Assembly: GCA_951406725.2 (NCBI GenBank)
Contig: OX597814.1
Coordinates: 68,386,001-68,450,000, forward strand
Reading direction: 5' to 3'
DNA: 64,000 bases
Source of the DNA: Octopus vulgaris
Lineage: Eukaryota
The position numbers and the translations under genes were made by a program. Position 1 is the stretch's first letter. Each line of letters begins with the position of its first letter. The notes below the pieces were generated by a model that was not told the DNA's origin, did no database searches, and saw only the letters and a list, made by a program, of their open reading frames with translations. Shown in pieces: positions 54,250-64,000 of this stretch.

Positions 54250-54880
54250 GAGCGTTTATACATTATGATTGTAGAATTTATTTCGAACCGGCAATGCCCC
54301 ACGGTAGCACCACCAGGCTAAAGATTTCTGAAAATTAATCACGTGTCTCGACACGAAAGCCCTGCAGAACAGACCAGCGAGTTGATTTTCATCGACACAG
54401 AGTTTCCCCAAGAATATTGTCGCTTTGACCTCCTCTAACCCTCTATACAACGTAAGGGTGGAACTTCTACCAATCGCACTACTCGAGTTGCAGAGGGCGG
54501 TGAGCACTTGACGACATTCCGGATACCAAGGGCCCTGCTTCGTTTACGTTTGCTCCAGGACTATATAACTTTGTCAAAGAGACGAAGTGTGGAAATACGA
54601 ATATGACCACATGTATTCAGCGTTAAAGAATTATCTTGCCATGACTGGGATCATGCCACGTTCCTTACCTACCCTCTCTGTGACGTATCACATGAGATGG
54701 ATGTTGTCGTTGATAAACATGTTTGAGATGTGCATGTTTGTGCACCACTAATCGGATTATGAGCAAGCGTCAACCCCTTTACTAATATTTTAGTTAAAAT
54801 TTTGAAATCTGTATTTAGCAGGGTTATCGGCCGAAAATTATCTATGTGGTCACTCTTTGGGAAGTCCTTCCTGAACAGTG
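54250..54880 (-). mobile_element. L1/Tx1-like LINE fragments
   Basis: DNFRPITLLNTDFKILTKIL and C-terminal QKSLAWWCYRGALPVR. Confidence 0.75.
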
Positions 54881-55379
54881 CCTCTGCTCCTCGACTCACA
54901 GAGCTAGGCATTATTCAGTTCTGTTGTCAAATGAAGTAAACGTTATCTTGGAGGCCTCCAAACAATTCCGTTTGTGTAAAGATAAAGCTTGTAGGACAGA
55001 CTATCCAAACTTAAGTATTTTTCCCGCAGTCACAATTTTTCAAATTTGCTGGAAGAGAGCACTTTCCTCTCTACCATAACTTTCTTTACAAGTCAGACTT
55101 TATAAATGTCGATGAACGATGAGGAAGTTGTCTTTCCTTTATCCTTTTAGCGTCATCCACCATACAACCACTAGACAAAGGTACACATCATGATCTGTCT
55201 TTTGTGAAGTGGGTGTTTAAATTGTTTTCACGATGGACTCGATTGCCAGTCGGATTTGTCCAAGAGGCGACGTCTTACAGAAGTTAGTCATGATAGTTCC
55301 AAATCCGAATATTCTCCTATACTGACCGGCAACTTCGTAAACATTTCTCTTTGTAATATTGTAAAGGAATGGCTGGTTG

Positions 55380-56500
55380 AGAAATGAGCAAATTAGATAA
55401 GGAAAGATTCAAATAAGGAGATGCAAAGAATTATCGACTAATTACCCGCCTCGATCCTCTTATGGAAGTTATAAACAGGTAAATTACTACTTATCGAACC
55501 TGGGGGACACAGGAAAGACTGAAAAGCTCCAATGACCATTTGGTCAATGACAAAACGCTTACGAAGGCAAGCGATGCAGATTAATGTGTGCATAGTATGG
55601 GACAACTTCAAAAAAGTTCTACAGCATGATAGAGGATTCCTGGATTATGTTTGGTATAGCAAAAAATCGTCAACGATCCCAGTACTAGTATTATGTACTA
55701 GAAAACGAACTTGAAAGTGAACATGAAATCACTGTGAGGTATAGCGCTTAAAAGTGATATCTTCCAGAGTGACTATTTCTACTTTTTGTTATTTGTTATA
55801 GCAAAAGCTCGTATCTCAATGGGACCTAGAAATGTCAGCATGAACTACAAACATGAGATAAACCCACTTTCATTAAATCATCTATTCTTCATGGATGACT
55901 TAAAGATAGTTACAAAGTCACAAATAGAAATCACCTTACTTGTTAAAACTGTAAAGCTCTGTTCGCAGTGGAATTAAATTGGAATTTAGAGTATCAAACT
56001 CAAGAAATTTACCCGTGATGAGAGAACGTTTTATTGGAATAATCTTATTCCAATAACGGATATTCCAAGAACGGATATTAGAACCACAGGACAATGAATA
56101 CAGGTATCTGGCATAGCGGAACTCGTTGATTTTATGCTTAAAGAAACAAAGTCCAAACTTAATCCAAAGAATTTAATAAATACAATCAAAACATGGGGTG
56201 GCTGCCGTAATGTAATGCTGTATAACACGGATGCTGTTGTAGATACATTAGAAAGGAAAACGAAAATCTAAATGTGAATGGAATACTTCGCCGAAGAGCA
56301 AATGTCAGTTAATACACGAAGCAGAAGATTAGATTGGAAAGGAAGTTATTGGCATTCTTTTGTAGATAGAGAACAAAGGCCAATAAACCATGCAGATAGT
56401 GATTAGAGAATTACTTAAGCATGCAGCAACAGAACAAGGACTTGTGTTGAAACTGAAGATGGAAGTGCATTCGAGAGTCTTTTCCTTGCAGAGAAGTGCA
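55380..56500 (+). mobile_element. Highly degraded R4/Dong-like RT region
   Basis: NYRLIT, DIFQSD and LNHLFFMDDLK motifs. Confidence 0.6.
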
Positions 56501-56980
56501 TGGTTTCTTTTTCGTTTTTTTTCCCTCTGGCACCGTAGTGGTTATGGCTGTTCTTAAAATAGTTACTCATGTTTTCTTAATGTTGTAATGGTAGTGGAGT
56601 GCTAGGTAGTATAGTTATAGCTGTACTGGTGATGTTTGTGTTGGTGAGTGATTGAATTACAACTTTTCTGCTTTTCAGCACCCAGCATCGGGATGCATTT
56701 ACATGTTACTTTTGTTTTCTGTATTCCCCGACAATGTCTCATACAATTGTGACTTCTGTACTTCGTTGTATCAGGAATACTCAATATCTAAGCAGCTTGA
56801 GTCAAACGAAACAGTGTAACGAAAGAGTTTTCTGTATTGAATAATTTACCATGAGAAGACCTCTCGTATGAACTTGTGGTGCATAAAAGCACTTGTATTT
56901 ATATCCCTGGCAGACGAGAACCGTCCGCCAAAGCCACTGGAACTGCTAGATCACGTGATTTCAGAGTTCTTGGCATTGTC

Positions 56981-57046
<66 letters not shown>

Positions 57047-57047
57047 C

Positions 57048-57470
57048 ATAATATCTCAGCGAAAGAGTTTGACAAGCTCAGAAAATATAAAGACCTACTC
57101 ATTGAAATTGAGAAAATGTGGCATCTCAAGGCGGTTACAATACCAGTGATCGTAGGAGCACTAGGAATGATCATGAAGGGAACCGAAAATTATATGAGAA
57201 TGATCCCTGGCTTACTATCCCTGCAAGAAGTGCAAAAGATTGTCTTAACTGGTACATCACACGTATTGAGAAGAGCATTGTCGATGTGAGAACTGTTGCT
57301 GCTCATGTATTTTAATTTAACTTTAAAAAATAAAAAAAAATAAAAAATGAACGAACTACTGAGTATGGTTTAATGGCCTACCAATGTATACTATGAGTTT
57401 CTTTGCCCTAGGAGTCGGGAAGACACTCGGCAAGAAATGGAAGCAAATTTGAAAGAAGAAAAAAAAAAGT
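57048..57470 (+). mobile_element. 5'-truncated R4/Dong-like element inside (AAT)n
   Basis: KLRKYKDLLIEIEKMWHLKAVTIPVIVGALG, flanked on both sides by AAT tracts. Confidence 0.85.
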
Positions 57471-57474
57471 AATG

Positions 57475-57619
<145 letters not shown>

Positions 57620-57627
57620 CAACAACA

Positions 57628-59228
57628 CAGGAGCTGGACGTACCCCACAACCGGAATATTCCAACAGATAGCCGCCCATGCCCGTCATCAAATAACCAAC
57701 AGAAAAAGAATGAAAGATGGTCTAGGGAAGATAATAAGGAAGTTCTTACGGCCTTCTACCATGCCATATATTTCCCCACAGATAAATCTAGCACTATACA
57801 AACCTACATAAACTGGAGACAGAAACACCCTGAAGTAAGACCCTACATAGACAGTAACAAACTTGCCAACGTCAGAAGAAACATTATTAAAAAAATTACT
57901 GACTGAAGTAGAGATTGATCAAATCAAACAAGCAGTAATAGATATAAAAAAAAACGAAGCCGTAGTTAAAGAAGATAATACAGAGGAAATAATTATAGAC
58001 CACATGATTGAATGGCTGAAACTTAAAGAAACCAATATGGATGAACGCGATGCACTCCCTAGAATCCGCAACTCTAACCAAAGCATGAAAATAATTGGTA
58101 AAATCCGCCTTGCACTTAAGGATATAATTTCAGCTAATGATGTTAATATTACAGATCTCAACCACCTGTACTATGCATCCGCGAAAATCTCAATGATCCT
58201 ATGTGGTGAAAAGATTAAAAAACGGCAACATTCCCACAAAAAGCCTTCTTGGCAAGAGCGTATCCAACATCAAATTAAACTACTTAGGTCTGACATTGAA
58301 TGTTTGAAAAACCTTAAGGTTGACAAGATTACCAGACCTACAAAAACCCAAAAATTAAAGAAAAAGATATATAAAAACTATACTTGATATTAATGCCACC
58401 ATAGAAACCATCAAGCAAAAGGTATCTGCTAAAGCTGCCCGCATAGCGAGGTAGGAAAAGCCTGTTAGATTCTTCAAGGACAACATGTTCAAAAATAACC
58501 CCAAAAGTTTTTACAGGAAGATAGGGAAAACACCAGTTACTGTAAAGTCTAGACCATCAAGAGACGAAGTGCACGGTTTTTGGAATAAAATTTGGGCAGA
58601 CGAAAAAACACACAACGAAAAGGCCCCTTCGATTGATAGAATAGCTACCGACTTGTACTCCTTAAAGGAGCAAAAGTGGGAGGGTGTCAAGGTAGAAGAT
58701 GTAAGATCTGCTCTCAGGAGGTCAAGCCAATATAAGTCTCCAGGAAAGGATAAAATCCCTAACTTCAGACAAAAACATGCCTCCTCATTGATATGACTGT
58801 CCCAATCGATATAAATGTATATGTCGAGACCTACCAGAAACTGAGCAAATATAAAGATCTTGAAATAGAAATCAGCAAAATGTGGAACCTGAAGACTAAA
58901 ACAATACCTGTTGTCATAGGTGCCCTGGGAATGATAGCAAAAGGGGCTGATTGTTACCTAACTCAGATACCAGGAAACCCCAAAATGGCAGAAATTCAAA
59001 AGATAGTGCTCATGGAAACTGCTCATATCCTACGCAAAATACTTTCTATGTAATCCCAAGTTTTAAAACAAACATAATTTTCGTATTGTTTTTTAGGCAT
59101 TCACTAAGTACAACACTAAGTACAAAACCATATATATGTCACCATAGGCATAACACCAACATGAACTTCCAACTTGTTGTCTCTTGAGGTCTCTCGGTGA
59201 GACTTGGAGCCAGCTTGTGCAAATGTAA
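57628..59228 (+). mobile_element. R4/Dong-like element with the RT core deleted
   Basis: N-terminal RWSREDN..., MFKNNPKSFYR, FWNKIW and KSPGKDKIPNF join near 58766 to the RLE segment LIDMTVP...KYKDLEIEI...IPVVIGALG. Flanked by (AAT)n. Confidence 0.85.
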
Positions 59229-59295
59229 AGCAAAATTCAAACATAGAATAATAATAATAATAATAATAATGATAATAATAATAATAATAATAATC

Positions 59296-59958
<663 letters not shown>

Positions 59959-59960
59959 TC

Positions 59961-60005
<45 letters not shown>

Positions 60006-60498
60006 GTAATTATAATAATAATAATGATGAGAAAGAAAAAAGCCAAAGGACTACATGGTCAGTATCTCAGACAAACTCAAAACGCTTGGTAATGGGTGAA
60101 TAATGGAAATCTTAAGAAAGAAGTAGAAATACTCATATTGGCTGCTAAGATAGAACAAAATGGTACTAATATCAGTTAGAAGGTGTAATGGAGAACGACT
60201 AATAAAATATTTTATGAGATTTCAATTTACAGACTGATCACCGAATTCATGCCAGGGGACTAGATATTATGGTTCTTAATAGGAGAAAAATGTGTGCCGT
60301 CATAAGATGTGGACTTGAATCTAGAGGCAAAACAACAGTAAAAAAGTAAAATACCAGAATTTGACTTGGGAAATACGACGACTGTGGAGTATTTCTACAA
60401 AAGTAATCCCAGTTGTTATAAGTGCCTTGGGCACCATGTGCATGGGTGCATGTATGTGTGTATACACATGTGTGTGTGTGCATGCGTGTGTGTGTGCA

Positions 60499-60561
<63 letters not shown>

Positions 60562-60870
60562 GTGTGTGCACGCGCGTATGTACGGGTGTTTGCAAGCGCA
60601 GTCTTGCCAAATGTTTAAGAAGTCGCTTCGCAAAGTCGAGGTCCTAAATTCCATCACACTGCGTAGCATCTTGGGAAAAATATCCTTTTCTGTAAATCTC
60701 ACTTTGATTCATTCATTGGGAGTTCTCGAAGGAGCCGGCGAAAAGATTCTTTCCTAATGTGCAATGAAAATGCGCAGTGTCTGCCGCCACATGATTGTTA
60801 ATGAACCACGTAATCCTATAAGCGATTATCAACCTGATTAAATCAGATAGTTGCGATATTCCCTATATTA

Positions 60871-61888
60871 CTAGGGGTGTTATTTAAAGAGTTCCACTGT
60901 CCCAATTACAGTTTTTGCAGGAAACGGAACTTGTATAGGTATAATTATACATGTCAAATTGTAAATTACAGTTTTCCACTAGTATTCATTCGTATTTTAC
61001 AGCTGTTGAAGTGGACCAAGGTGTTATAATGGGGGCAGTTGAATGCAGATCAGTGATCAGGTTTTAATACTTGAAAGGTTGTACACCAAAAGAGACTATT
61101 GATGAGATGAAGGAAGTTTATGGTAACGATGCACCATCATAGACGTAGTCAAGCACTGGCATCTCCAGATTAAATGTGGTCGAACATCGGTAGAAACTGT
61201 TCCTATTTCTGGACGACATCATTCCGCCATTGATGACGATACCATCCATAAAGTGGAAGCTGCCATTTTAGAGGATCGTCGCATAACTATTTGGCAAGTA
61301 GCCCATGAAGTGAAGACAAGTGTAGGATCCGTGGAAAAAGTCACGACCATTTGCACAAGCGGATGCTCACACCTTTTCAGAAGCAGGAACGAATCAATTG
61401 ATTCCAGGCTTTTTTGACAATGTACCACGAAAACGAGGAGGGCTTTTTCGGCAGGCATACAACACAGGATGAAACATGGGTCCATCACCCTGATCCTGAG
61501 ACTAAAGCACAGTCGAAGCAATGGAAGCATGGTAACTCACCACCACGAAAGAAGACTCGTGTCCAACCCTGATTAGGCAAGGTGATGCTCACAGTCTTTT
61601 GGGACCAGTGATGATGGAGTTTCTGGTAAAGGGCACCATAATATGCGTCTCTGCTGCAGAAATTGCTGGACGCCATCAGAGAAGCAGAGAGGCGTGACAT
61701 CCTGACAGAAGGAATCTGCCTACTTCAAGACAATGCCCCAGTTCACAATGCGCATGTTGCCCAAATGGGAGAAGTGTGTCACTATTGGTGGTGGCTGTAT
61801 ACAGAAGGATTAATAAATATACCAAGTTTTTGTTTATCCCAGTCCTTGGGAAGTGGGTCAAGGAAAATTTTTAATGAACATCCCCTCG
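60871..61888 (+). mobile_element. mariner-like element with TIRs and TA target duplication, internally deleted
   Basis: TA|ctaggggtgttatttaaagagttcc ... ggaaaatttttaatgaacatcccctcg|TA. Motifs TQDETWVHHPDPETKAQSKQWKH and LLQDNAPVH. Confidence 0.85.
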
Positions 61889-62696
61889 TAAATTAAGTCC
61901 AATTATGTATTGTTGCTGAAGGATATATAATAAAATGATGAATAAATTAATAGGTATCAGCAAATAATTCTAATATAAATATTACACTTTATATTAGTAA
62001 ATTCTAATCGAAAAGAGAAAAATTATTAATTATTAATTATTGATCAATAATTCAAACTTAATTAGTAATTAATAATTCAAAAAGCAGGCTCTGTTTATGC
62101 GTTATATATATTTTAAAAACAAGGACGAAAAATATGGTGAAAACGTGAAAGTTGATGCAAAAATGGAACGCGAAAAATGAAACGAAATTAAGAAAACTAT
62201 ATTCATGATGCATGTATCAAACATAAAACTAAGCTTTGAAATTTTAAGATATTAGCTTTCTTACCAATAACCAAATAATGCTGTCGTTTAAACTACTCAT
62301 TTATATAGCATTCTTGCATATTACCTCTTAAACGATAGTATTGTTTCTTCATATTTCATATCATGTGTCATGCTTCCACAACGCCTCAGCTTGAATGTGA
62401 ATCGTGAACATTGAATATAAATCACATGTAAATTCTATCAAAATATCGAATTTAATAATAATACTCCTTCGGAAAATCAATATTTTGTCAATGCTTGACA
62501 CATGTCGTTATCTGTGACACCTTATGATACTCTATATGTAGATGAGAATAACTAATTGAAATCTTGTATATTTTTGACATTCTGTTCATCATGGTTTCGA
62601 AGCTAGTTTTGAACTTTCATAGCTCTCATGTTTATTATTTTTGCTTTCAATTAGAAAATTGATTACTTTTTTATGCGTGTGTATATGAATGTAAGT

Positions 62697-62764
<68 letters not shown>

Positions 62765-63251
62765 ATAAGAAATTACTTGATTGGGTTTTATACCTTGAAC
62801 CTACTAATTGCTATCATACTTCGTTTCTAAATCTGTAGCGAATATGTATTAGATAACAAGCATTATATAAGTGGGTGTGTATGTGTGGGGGAAGGTTATG
62901 TGTGCGCGCGCGCCTTCCTTCTCTCTTGAGTCTTTTCATTTTTGTCTTTTATTAGCTACTTTCTACCGTTCCAGAGAGAGACAAAGCCACAGTGAAAGAT
63001 TAAAGAGAAACAGAGAGAGCAAGAAAGGGAATTTGACGTTGCACAAATGTATTTCTGAAGGTTTCTTTTACAGATATTACCACATTTTCTATATTCTTAT
63101 CTATATTCTTGTTAATACTACTCCTTTTCATACTTCTTCCTTTCTCAAATTTTCTTAGTGACAATGAGTATAGTGTGAACTTTGATGGAGATACGGCTTC
63201 TAGTTCTTAAAAGGAGTGCTTTACAACCAACTTCCCCTCTAAGCAAACGAA

Positions 63252-63288
<37 letters not shown>

Positions 63289-63331
63289 GTTGCTGCTACT
63301 GCTACTACTACTACTACTACTGCTACTGCAG

Positions 63332-63440
<109 letters not shown>

Positions 63441-63460
63441 TAACAGCAACAACAATAATA

Positions 63461-63961
63461 GCTGATTGGGAGTGTTGTCATGTACATTGTTTTGTCTTGT
63501 TCTAAAAAATTGGTTACAGCAAATATTCTGTTCCATACCACAGATTTGCTTGTCATTTGCTTGACCTTAACCAGTTGAGCATGCCCCTTAGTAGCTGACG
63601 ATATGTGCAGCTCTGATCACGAGTAGAAGTAGTGTGGGGGGGCATCATAGCCATGTTCTGAGAGGTATTCTTTGGGATTTAAATTCACCTCTGGAAACAT
63701 GTGTATTTCGTTTGTCATCCTTAAACAACCTTTATTCAGGGACCTTTTGAGCGGGATGGACTACTCAACATAAAGAAAATTCTAACTGGGCCCCCACCTG
63801 CGCGTCATGCGTTGTTTATGCTGATATAAGATCACCATGTCGCGCACATGTGCTTGTGATGTATCTGACTGGTGTACTTTTATCAGATGGGTAGTCATGA
63901 TGGGTATATTGGGCTTCGTATATTTTACCCCAGTGTCACTCTGCTGGTATGCGCACTCGCC
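63461..63961 (+). mobile_element. Second copy of the (AAT)n-flanked non-coding element, 5'-truncated
   Basis: Colinear with 59450-59958. Confidence 0.8.
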
Positions 63962-64000
63962 TAATAATAATAATTATAATAATAATAATAATAATAATAA

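Overview
AT-rich, microsatellite-laden animal genomic DNA. It is very probably an octopus (coleoid cephalopod), judged from the many copies of a ~400-bp tRNA-derived SINE with an internal (TA)/(TG) tract. Almost all ORFs in the supplied track are microsatellite or antisense artefacts. The only host gene I can support is absent from the track as a product: two minus-strand exons (31755-31912 and 8733-8875) that splice in frame to the N-terminus of a CLC-family chloride channel/transporter across a ~22.9-kb intron. The rest is decayed mobile DNA: Helitrons (one keeps a PIF1 helicase C-terminus), Penelope-like remnants with minimal hammerhead-ribozyme motifs, CR1/L2-like, Tx1/L1-like, HERO-like and R4/Dong-like retrotransposons, two mariners and a Tigger/pogo transposase. 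The best leads are an intronic hammerhead motif in the sense orientation of the CLC pre-mRNA, a Helitron terminal 41-bp palindrome present in both orientations, a ~945-bp direct duplication bracketing a Tigger pseudogene, a shared LINE/SINE 3' tail, and several fold-back structures. I found no intact novel multi-gene system. All family calls come from motif recognition by eye, without database searches.
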